Source: Eubacteriaceae bacterium UBA1433
GTDB taxonomy: Bacteria > Bacillota > Clostridia > Eubacteriales > UBA1433
DNA: 64,000 bases
Assembly (NCBI GenBank): GCA_002329295.1
Contig: DCTT01000026.1
Coordinates: forward strand, 463,135-527,134
Direction of reading: 5' to 3'
In this document: one piece after another, positions 56,857-64,000 of the stretch
How the letters are laid out: each line of letters starts with the position of its first letter
How positions within the stretch are numbered: the first letter of the stretch is position 1
Position numbers and translations under genes: made by a program
The notes under the pieces: model-generated
Seen by the model: only the letters and a program-made list of their open reading frames with translations
Told to the model about the DNA's origin: nothing
Databases searched by the model: none

Positions 56857-57746
56857 AGCAAGACAGATTGATACACGGACAATTGGCAGACTATCCTGTC
56901 CGTTTTTTTTGTGTGAACAGTACAGAGACCGTAGAGGAGTTTCGCCGCATTCATCAAGCGAGTCCCACGGCTGCCGCGGCAGGAGGTCGGTTGGTTACGG
57001 CAGCGATTTTGATGGGTGCAATGATGAAAAACGAAAGCGACCGATTGACTTTGATCATAAAAGGAGAGGGACCTGTGAGTCAAATCGTTGTTACGGCAGG
57101 CAACAACGGCCAAGTCAAAGGTGATATTTTGAATCCGGATATAGAAGTGCTCATTAATGCGGCGGGAAAATTGGATGTGGCTGCCGCGGTAGGGGCAGGG
57201 ACGCTGACGATTATTAAAGATACGGGGTATAGCGAACCTCATAACAGCACGGTGAGGCTTGTGAGCGGTGAGATTGCCGAAGACATTGCGTATTATTATG
57301 CGTTGAGCGAACAGATTCCTACGGTGTGCGCCTTGGGCGTATTTGTGGATGAAGAGGGCGTTGTGCGTCATGCGGGAGGATATATTTTGCAAGTGATGCC
57401 AAATTGTCCTGAAGAAATGGTGGTCTACCTGGAACAAAAAACGGCAAAAATGTCCGCCATAACAACATTGTTGAAAGAAAACAGCAATCCACAAAGCGTG
57501 ATTGCTGCGTTGTTTGACGAAGGCGGCTTTGCCTATGAAATCAATCGCACATTGCAACCGCAATATGTTTGCGATTGCAGCAGAGAGAGAGTTGAGAGTA
57601 TGCTTTCGGCGCTGGATACAAAGGAATGGTCAGAGATAATGCAAGAACAAACAAATGTGGAGGTCAAGTGCCATTTTTGTAACCAAACATATCTGTTCGA
57701 TGTAAAAAGTATCCAAAAAATAATAGAAAACCGACAAAAGGGATGA
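56853..57746 (+). CDS. hslO: Redox-regulated chaperone Hsp33
   Basis: C-terminal zinc centre CDCSRERV...CHFCNQTY. 297 aa. Its start overlaps the upstream stop. Confidence 0.9.
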   Translation: MKQDRLIHGQLADYPVRFFCVNSTETVEEFRRIHQASPTAAAAGGRLVTAAILMGAMMKNESDRLTLIIKGEGPVSQIVVTAGNNGQVKGDILNPDIEVLINAAGKLDVAAAVGAGTLTIIKDTGYSEPHNSTVRLVSGEIAEDIAYYYALSEQIPTVCALGVFVDEEGVVRHAGGYILQVMPNCPEEMVVYLEQKTAKMSAITTLLKENSNPQSVIAALFDEGGFAYEINRTLQPQYVCDCSRERVESMLSALDTKEWSEIMQEQTNVEVKCHFCNQTYLFDVKSIQKIIENRQKG

Positions 57747-57934
57747 CGAGTGCTGTTGCTACGCTTGGTTGGTGGGAAAATTCGAGCTTTTTTAAATCTA
57801 TGCGGTAAATTTAATCAATAATGTCAGTGTCTATGACGCTGTCGGGGTTGTTGTCATGCGGCTCTTGTAATTGTTTCTTAGTGCGATGTTGGTTATGCAG
57901 GGCTTATGGAAATATGCAATACAATGAAGTGCAA

Positions 57935-57964
57935 TAAAAAAGAAGACTCTCGTCTTCTTTTTTA
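57935..57964. terminator. Bidirectional rho-independent terminator
   Basis: agaagac/gtcttct hairpin with an A6 run upstream and a T6 run downstream. Confidence 0.8.
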
Positions 57965-57967
57965 AAG

Positions 57968-59167
57968 TTATTTTCGTTTCTCGGCAAATAGTTTTCCCAG
58001 GGTTTCGATGCCGTAGCGAATGTTTTCTTCTTTGGCGTTGGCAAAATTGAGTCGCATGGTATTGCTGCCGACATTTTCTTCTCCTACAAACCAGCTTTTT
58101 CCGGCCAGATAAGAGATGTTTTGTTTTTCGGCTTCCACCAGTAGTTTTTCGCTGTCCAGGCCGTCGGGCAACTTTACCCAGATATAAAATCCGCCGTCGG
58201 GACGAGTATATTTTGTGCCTTGCGGGAAAAACTTTTCAATACATTCCAGCATGATGTCGCGGCGTTGACGATATAAATCGCAGATTTTTTTGTGATGCTC
58301 CTGATAATATCCTCGCTTGAAAAATTCGGCGCACAGCACCTGATCCAAAGAAGAGGAATGGGAGTTGGTGGCGATTTTGGCATCCATGAGCAGTAATATC
58401 AAGTCTTTTTCCGCCACGGCATAGCCCAGTCTGCTGCCCGGCGAAAACATCTTGGAAAAGCTGTTGGCCATAACGGTATGTCCCGTTTTGTCGAAAGACT
58501 TGATGGTAGGCAGCGCTTCGCCGCTGTATCGGATATCACGATAGGGGTCGTCTTCCAGGATAATCACATCATACTCACTGCCAAGTTCGGCAAGGCGTTT
58601 GCGCCTTTGGGCTGTGAGGGTTTTGCCCGTGGGATTGTGAAATGTCGGTACCGTGTAAATCATTTTCGGACGATATTGCTTGATTTTGGCTTCCACATCT
58701 TCCATGACAAGGCCGATATCATCGCATTGGCAGGGAATGGAACGGGCTTCAAACATATTGAAGATATCAATACAATGAATAAAGGCGGGGCTTTCTATCA
58801 AAATGACATCTCCGGGATCGATATAGACTTGACAAAGCAAATTCATTGTTTCCAGTCCGCCGGTAACGATGAGGACATTGTCAATATCGGCCGTAACGCC
58901 GGCAGGTGCAAGCAGCTCGCTGACTATGGCTTGGCGAAGGTCTTTGAGTCCAAAGGTACTGCTGTATTGCAACGCTTCGCGACCACGGTTGTCGCTTGCC
59001 AAGACTTCACAGGCGATAGACTGAATAATATCGGCAGGGAGTGCTTGCGGAGCAGGTGCGCCGCCGCCGAAAGAAATGATATCGGGGTTGGTCATTCCGC
59101 CAAACAGTCCGCGCATATATAAGGCGGTGTCTTTCATATTTTTTACTCGATTTGCATAGGCAGGCAT
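57968..59167 (-). CDS. Class I/II PLP-dependent aminotransferase (2-aminoadipate/aromatic type)
   Basis: 399 aa. Blocks ISFGGGAPAPQALP, ...NPTG... and the PLP-Lys region SFSKMFSPGSRLGY. Confidence 0.85.
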   Translation of the reverse strand: MPAYANRVKNMKDTALYMRGLFGGMTNPDIISFGGGAPAPQALPADIIQSIACEVLASDNRGREALQYSSTFGLKDLRQAIVSELLAPAGVTADIDNVLIVTGGLETMNLLCQVYIDPGDVILIESPAFIHCIDIFNMFEARSIPCQCDDIGLVMEDVEAKIKQYRPKMIYTVPTFHNPTGKTLTAQRRKRLAELGSEYDVIILEDDPYRDIRYSGEALPTIKSFDKTGHTVMANSFSKMFSPGSRLGYAVAEKDLILLLMDAKIATNSHSSSLDQVLCAEFFKRGYYQEHHKKICDLYRQRRDIMLECIEKFFPQGTKYTRPDGGFYIWVKLPDGLDSEKLLVEAEKQNISYLAGKSWFVGEENVGSNTMRLNFANAKEENIRYGIETLGKLFAEKRK

Positions 59168-59548
59168 AATAATCGTCTCCTTTTAAAAAAATGTTACAAC
59201 GCTAATTAAAGATATCTCATATCATACCACCTTTTGCGGCAACTTGCGAGAAAAATTTGTAATTATATAAAAACAAATGTTTTTCATATAGCGACAATGT
59301 AGCTGTGAACAGCAAAAAAAACCGTTATAAATATAAATATGTTATAATTATTATAATAGATTTTTTTCGACTGCTTGATTTGTTGAAACGACATTCGCTA
59401 CCGGATAGGCTTGACAAAGGAGTCGGCGAGGTAATTTGAAGAGGAAAAGAAAAGCAAAGGAAGAAGAGATTATGAGTCTTTTTATATCACAACAGCAACA
59501 GGACAAAACAAACGGTTAAAAAAGGACTTTTGAAAAGGACAAACAAAC

Positions 59549-61018
59549 TTGAAAAACGGAATTATGATGCAATGTTTTGAATGGTATACATATAGTGATG
59601 GCGGGTTTTATCGCTGGCTGAAAGAGCAGCTGGATCATCTGTACGAGATAGGTATTAACGCTCTTTGGCTGCCGCCTGCCTGTAAGGCGACAGGGGTGGA
59701 CGATGTGGGATACGGGATTTATGACTTGTATGATTTGGGAGAATTTAATCAAAAGGGAGCAATTCGGACAAAGTACGGCACAAAAGAAGAATTGCTGGAC
59801 CTGATTAGAACGGCACAAGAGAAGGGATTTTGCGTGTATGCGGACGTGGTGCTCAATCACAAAGCAGGGGCCGATTATGCAGAGACCTTTTCGATAGTGG
59901 AAGTTGACGAAAAAAACAGATGGAAAGTGATTTCGGAACCCTATGACATTGATGGCTGGACAGGATTTCGCTTTCCGGGCAGAGACGGAAAATATTCAGA
60001 ATTTGTTTGGAACCATACTCACTTTACCGGTGTGGATTTTGACGGAAAAACGGGGAAAACGAGTATTTTCAAAATTCTCGGAGAAGGAAAAGATTGGGCG
60101 CAGGGGGTTTCGATGGAATACGGCAATTATGATTATTTGATGTTTGCGGACATTGATCACCGCCATCCCGAGGTGGTGGAGGAGCTCTTTGCCTGGTCGG
60201 ACTGGTTTTACAACGAGACAAAAGTAAACGGATATCGATTGGATGCCTTGAAGCATATCAATGATTTTTTCATGCGCGATTTTGCACGGCATAGCCGTAA
60301 AGGCAAGGAAGATTTTTATATTTTCGGAGAATATTGGGCGGCGGACGGGGATATGGTGCGCAATTATGCAAAGCAGACAGAATATGAAATCGACTTGCTG
60401 GATGTGGCGCTGCATTTTAATTTTTATCATGCGTCACAACAAAACGAACATTACGATTTGCGCAGGCTGTTTGACAATTCGCTTGTACAGCGAAGGCCTA
60501 CGATGGCTGTTACTTTTGTGGACAATCATGATTCTCAGCCTGATCAGGCGCTGTCTTCCTGGGTGGACGACTGGTTTAAGCCGCTGGCTTACGGAGCAAT
60601 TTTACTGCGCAAAGACGGATATCCTTGTATTTTTTTTGGCGATTATTATGGAATCGGCGGGGACTATCCGTTGGAGGACAAAAAAGAAATCATCGAAAAA
60701 CTGCTGCTGTGCAGGAAGCGTTTTGCCTATGGCGAGCAACATGACTATTTTGTGAGGGCAAACTGCATCGGGTGGGTGCGTCTGGGAGACGAAGAACATC
60801 CTTATCCGAGCGCTACATTGATGAGCAATCATAAAAAAGGCAGGATTCGCATGTTTGTCGGCACCCGTTTTGCGGGCTCGGTTTTTGCCGATTATTTAGG
60901 AAATCGTACCGAAAAAGTGGTTATCGACAGCGATGGTTATGGTGAATTTGTTGTGGCAGGGCGCAGCATATCTTGTTGGGTGCAGGAGAATGTGGTGCCG
61001 AAAGAAACTGGAAAATAA
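59549..61018 (+). CDS. Cytoplasmic alpha-amylase (GH13)
   Basis: NGIMMQCFEWY N-terminus. GH13 regions DVVLNHK, GYRLDALKH, FGEYW and FVDNHD. No signal peptide. Start is TTG 59549 or ATG 59564/59567. Confidence 0.9.
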   Translation: MKNGIMMQCFEWYTYSDGGFYRWLKEQLDHLYEIGINALWLPPACKATGVDDVGYGIYDLYDLGEFNQKGAIRTKYGTKEELLDLIRTAQEKGFCVYADVVLNHKAGADYAETFSIVEVDEKNRWKVISEPYDIDGWTGFRFPGRDGKYSEFVWNHTHFTGVDFDGKTGKTSIFKILGEGKDWAQGVSMEYGNYDYLMFADIDHRHPEVVEELFAWSDWFYNETKVNGYRLDALKHINDFFMRDFARHSRKGKEDFYIFGEYWAADGDMVRNYAKQTEYEIDLLDVALHFNFYHASQQNEHYDLRRLFDNSLVQRRPTMAVTFVDNHDSQPDQALSSWVDDWFKPLAYGAILLRKDGYPCIFFGDYYGIGGDYPLEDKKEIIEKLLLCRKRFAYGEQHDYFVRANCIGWVRLGDEEHPYPSATLMSNHKKGRIRMFVGTRFAGSVFADYLGNRTEKVVIDSDGYGEFVVAGRSISCWVQENVVPKETGK

Positions 61019-61645
61019 AAATTGTACGATACATAAAAAACGTCAATATGCGACAAATGATAAGTTGCGGAAATATGTAACAGTCTGAAAGCAAAAAAAG
61101 ATAAATCGCATATTAAAACTGTTTCGATTGCTGTGGCAAAGAGACAGGTTGCATTATGACGGGTTGAATGCATTGGCTTGCATGAATTTATCTGCTTTGC
61201 TGAAGCTGTAAAAAACCTTTAAAGTTTACTTATATGAATTGTATTCTTCCTGATTGCGTTTGCTGTATGCGTCTTCTTGCGTAAAATTTTGTACGATCTG
61301 ATTCGGTATTTCTCTGGATAGAAAAACGATAAAAACTGATACGCTATAATAAATCGTTTTTTGTTGGATGAGCTATGTCTTGTTGGTATGCATTGGATGC
61401 GCAGGAGCGGCGTTTTTGTGTGGCGCTGTTTTAAGGAGTGTTTTTAATATATTTATCGCAGATGGAAACGTTGTGGCAGTGCGGCGGATAAAAAAATATC
61501 GCAAAGGTTATTTTTTGACTTATTGCACTTGGAGTGATTTGCTGTATTTTGCAAGAAAAAAATAAGAATATGTAGTGTAAAACGAAAAAGGCTATGGTAA
61601 AATAAAATATTGTAACAATGGCGCAAGGTCAATTTTGGAGGCAAT

Positions 61646-62716
61646 ATGTTTGGGAAACTGGATTTTATTTTAGAAAGATATGACGAATTGAACGGACAGC
61701 TCAGCAGTACGGAGGTTCTTGCGCAGCAAGATGTATTTCGCGAACTGGCGAAAGAACATGCCAAGTTGGAACCGATTGTTGTGAAATATTCGGAATATAA
61801 AAAAACAAAGGAAGACTTGGACAGCAACAAAGAACTCCTGAATGAAAAAATCGACAAAGATTTCAAAAAAATGATTGAAGAGGACATTGAAGAGTTAAGC
61901 GGTGTCGCCGAAAAACTGGAAGAAGAGCTGAAAATTTTGTTGTTGCCGAAAGATGAAAATGATGAAAAAAACGTTATTATCGAAATTCGTGCGGGTACCG
62001 GCGGAGATGAGGCAGCCCTCTTTGCCGGCGATTTGCTGCGCATGTATCTTCGTTATGCGGAACGTGTCAATTTTAAAACAGAACTGCTCAGCACCAGTGA
62101 AATCGGCGTAGGCGGTTACAAAGAAGTGATTTTTGCCGTGCAGGGAAAAGGAGCCTACAGCAAACTGAAATTTGAAAGCGGAGTGCATCGTGTTCAGCGC
62201 ATTCCGCTTACGGAATCCAGCGGGCGCATTCATACTTCGGCTTCAACGGTAGCGGTACTGCCTGAGGCGGAAGATGTGGAAATAGAAATTAATGCCAATG
62301 ACTTGCGGATAGATGTGTTTCGCTCGGGAGGCCATGGAGGTCAGAGTGTGAACACTACAGACTCGGCAGTGCGCATAACGCATATTCCCACAGGGATTGT
62401 GGTAACTTGTCAGGACGAAAAATCTCAATTGAAAAACAAAGAAAAAGCTATGAAGGTGCTTAAGGCCAGGCTCTATGATGTCGAGCAGCAAAAGGCGCAC
62501 GAGGAAATGGCGCAAAACAGAAAAAATCAAGTGGGCAGCGGAGACAGAAGTGAGAGAATCCGTACCTATAATTTTCCGCAAGGCAGGGTGACGGATCATC
62601 GAATCGGACTGACGCTTTATAAACTAGAGGCGTTTTTAAACGGAGAATTGGAAGAAATGATTGATGCTTTGCAACTGGCAAACCAAGCGGAACTGTTAAA
62701 AAACAGCGAAGAATAA
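61646..62716 (+). CDS. prfA: Peptide chain release factor 1
   Basis: GGQ motif [12 protein letters not shown] and a PxT-type anticodon mimic ([14 protein letters not shown]). 356 aa. GGAGG RBS. Confidence 0.95.
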   Translation: MFGKLDFILERYDELNGQLSSTEVLAQQDVFRELAKEHAKLEPIVVKYSEYKKTKEDLDSNKELLNEKIDKDFKKMIEEDIEELSGVAEKLEEELKILLLPKDENDEKNVIIEIRAGTGGDEAALFAGDLLRMYLRYAERVNFKTELLSTSEIGVGGYKEVIFAVQGKGAYSKLKFESGVHRVQRIPLTESSGRIHTSASTVAVLPEAEDVEIEINANDLRIDVFRSGGHGGQSVNTTDSAVRITHIPTGIVVTCQDEKSQLKNKEKAMKVLKARLYDVEQQKAHEEMAQNRKNQVGSGDRSERIRTYNFPQGRVTDHRIGLTLYKLEAFLNGELEEMIDALQLANQAELLKNSEE

Positions 62717-62748
62717 TCTGTCGTTGTATTCATAAATAATGAGGAAGC

Positions 62749-63750
62749 ATGAAATATTACGAAAAAAATCAAATCGAAAATTGGGACAAAGCGATTGAAG
62801 AGGCTGCGCAGGTTATCCGAAAAGGGGGACTCGTGGCATTTCCCACTGAAACCGTCTACGGATTGGGCGCAGATGCGCAAAATGAACAAGCAGTTCAAAA
62901 GATTTATGTTGCAAAAGGTCGTCCTGCCGACAATCCGCTTATCGTGCATATAGCGCATAAAGAGGATTTGATGAAAATTGCAAAAGATATCTCGGATTGG
63001 GTCTTGCATGTAACAGAAAAATACTGGCCGGGGCCACTAAGCGTTGTGTTGAACAGACGAGAGGATTTTTGTTCCGCCGCATCCGCAGGACTGTCTACAG
63101 TGGCGGTGCGCATGCCCGACCATGAAACGGCGTTGGCATTGATTGAAAGAAGCGAGCGATACCTTGCCGCTCCCAGCGCCAACATCTCGGGTCGGCTCAG
63201 CCCGACCAAAGGGCGCCATGTGGCAGAGGATATGCGTGAACATGCGGATATTATATTGGCGCAAGACGATTTGGTGTTGGGTTTGGAGTCCACCGTGATT
63301 GACGCCAGAGGTTCGTATCCCGTTATTCTTCGAACAGGATGTGTGACATGCGAAATGCTTGCGGCAAATGTGGGGCGAGCGGAAATTTACGATGCGGCTG
63401 CAGAGAAACCTCTTTTGCCCGGCATGAAATATGTCCATTATCGACCCCGGGCAACGGTAATGATTGTAGATGGAAACTTGGAGGAAAAGAGCGAAAAAAT
63501 ACAAAATTTTCTTGAAACGGAGATCAAGACAGGTATTTTTTGCAGCGAAAAGCTTTCCAAAAATATCCAGTGTAAAGACGTTGTTACTTATCGCAGTTTA
63601 AATGAAGCGGCGCAAAAATTTTATGCGACTTTACGTGAGTTTGACGAAAAAGGCTGCCGGAAGATTCTTTGTGAAAAAGTGGAACAAACCGGGATTGGGG
63701 AAGCGTTGGTAAATCGCATGGAAAATGCGGCGGAAGGAAGATATTTATAA
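62749..63750 (+). CDS. tsaC: L-threonylcarbamoyladenylate synthase (Sua5/YwlC type, YrdC plus Sua5 domains)
   Basis: YrdC block GGLVAFPTETVYGLGADA, ...KGRP.DNPLIVH..., SANISG, plus the Sua5 C-terminal domain. Confidence 0.9.
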   Translation: MKYYEKNQIENWDKAIEEAAQVIRKGGLVAFPTETVYGLGADAQNEQAVQKIYVAKGRPADNPLIVHIAHKEDLMKIAKDISDWVLHVTEKYWPGPLSVVLNRREDFCSAASAGLSTVAVRMPDHETALALIERSERYLAAPSANISGRLSPTKGRHVAEDMREHADIILAQDDLVLGLESTVIDARGSYPVILRTGCVTCEMLAANVGRAEIYDAAAEKPLLPGMKYVHYRPRATVMIVDGNLEEKSEKIQNFLETEIKTGIFCSEKLSKNIQCKDVVTYRSLNEAAQKFYATLREFDEKGCRKILCEKVEQTGIGEALVNRMENAAEGRYL

Positions 63751-63816
63751 GCGCAAAAATGATAATACATATATATTTAGACATGGAAATAATCAAAACT
63801 TTAATAAGGAAGCAAA

Positions 63817-64000
63817 ATGAAAAAAATTTTGTTTGTTTGTACCGGAAACACCTGTCGCAGTCCTATGGCTCAATACTTATTTAATAAGAAAAGCGCCACG
63901 GCAGATTTACAAGGACAATATGAAGCGTACTCGGCAGGGATTTTTGCTGAAGGCGAACCGGCAAGTTATGGGGCGAGCAAAGCAATGGAAAAAAGACAAA
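63817..64000 (+). CDS. Low-molecular-weight protein (Tyr/Arg) phosphatase, YwlE-like; truncated by the window end
   Basis: MKKILFVCTGNTCRSPMA carries the CX5R(S) P-loop. The ORF runs off the window. Confidence 0.8.
   Translation, partial: MKKILFVCTGNTCRSPMAQYLFNKKSATADLQGQYEAYSAGIFAEGEPASYGASKAMEKRQ

Noticed and set aside
56592-57563. Long antisense ORFs: 323 aa opposite hslO, plus 17686..18420 opposite the Ldh_2 gene, 14514..15125 opposite the FtsX permease, 18715..19308 opposite the symporter, 61453..62043 opposite prfA, and 33410..34042 and 32316..32906 opposite argJ/argC.
   Set aside because: They lie entirely inside well-supported genes on the other strand. They have low-complexity or Arg/His/Cys-rich composition, no RBS and no recognisable motifs, and are typical shadow ORFs.
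59472-59519. A 15-codon upstream ORF (MSLFISQQQQDKTNG*) with an AGGAAG-like RBS ahead of the alpha-amylase gene, considered as a possible leader peptide.
   Set aside because: It is too short and has no linked attenuator structure that I can see. No known leader-peptide control exists for cytoplasmic amylases.
61368-61565. A 65-aa plus-strand ORF (MSYVLLVCIGCAGAAFLCG...) upstream of prfA.
   Set aside because: It has no Shine-Dalgarno sequence, an odd composition and no motif. It is kept only as part of the unassigned-region finding.
62190-62200. RF1 tripeptide reads P-L-T rather than the familiar P-A-T.
   Set aside because: The RF1 anticodon-mimic motif is PxT with a variable middle residue, so this is within the normal range. 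It is not evidence of altered stop-codon recognition.
1-64000. A search for CRISPR arrays, IS elements and inverted terminal repeats, integrases or recombinases, rRNA, toxin-antitoxin pairs, restriction-modification genes and prophage genes.
   Set aside because: I saw no repeat-spacer periodicity, no transposase, integrase or nuclease motifs in any ORF, and no rRNA-like sequence. The window appears to be core chromosome.

Overview
This looks like a 64-kb chromosomal segment of a low-GC Firmicute. The gene order is Clostridia/Bacilli-like: spoVG-glmU-prs, rsmA, yabM/yabN(mazG)-hup, prfA-sua5-ywlE, and a DnaD/DnaC-type helicase loader. I can support about 62 protein genes, one tRNA-Leu(CAG), one methionine-specific T-box leader, an ARG-box-like operator, a few sigma-A-type promoters and about 20 rho-independent terminators. 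Most of the content is housekeeping or metabolic. This includes nadE, metY-metA, argCJBD, arcA plus OTC, murC, glgX, a cytoplasmic alpha-amylase, glpK, hslO, htrA, degV, two USP paralogs, a four-gene YknWXYZ-like MacAB-type exporter, and a tandem pair of GntR regulators next to an Ldh_2 dehydrogenase and a Na+/solute symporter. I found no transposase or integrase, CRISPR array, rRNA, prophage remnant or canonical defence system. I cannot point to a convincing new multi-gene system. The most unusual items are listed here. (1) An orphan, monocistronic protein has blocks that line up with a class-III nucleotidyl-cyclase/palm fold, and coding-like sequence continues in the +1 frame across an A7 tract. 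(2) A patatin-like protein lacks the Gly-rich loop and the nucleophilic Ser. (3) A CCA-nucleotidyltransferase-like protein has a degenerate catalytic head but an intact HD domain. (4) A split SAF/UxaA (SuyAB-like architecture) dehydratase sits in an operon with a lipase-like hydrolase and glpK. (5) Several long unassigned non-coding regions remain, along with a Cys-rich 38-codon small ORF. All functional calls come from motif recognition by eye. No database search was run.
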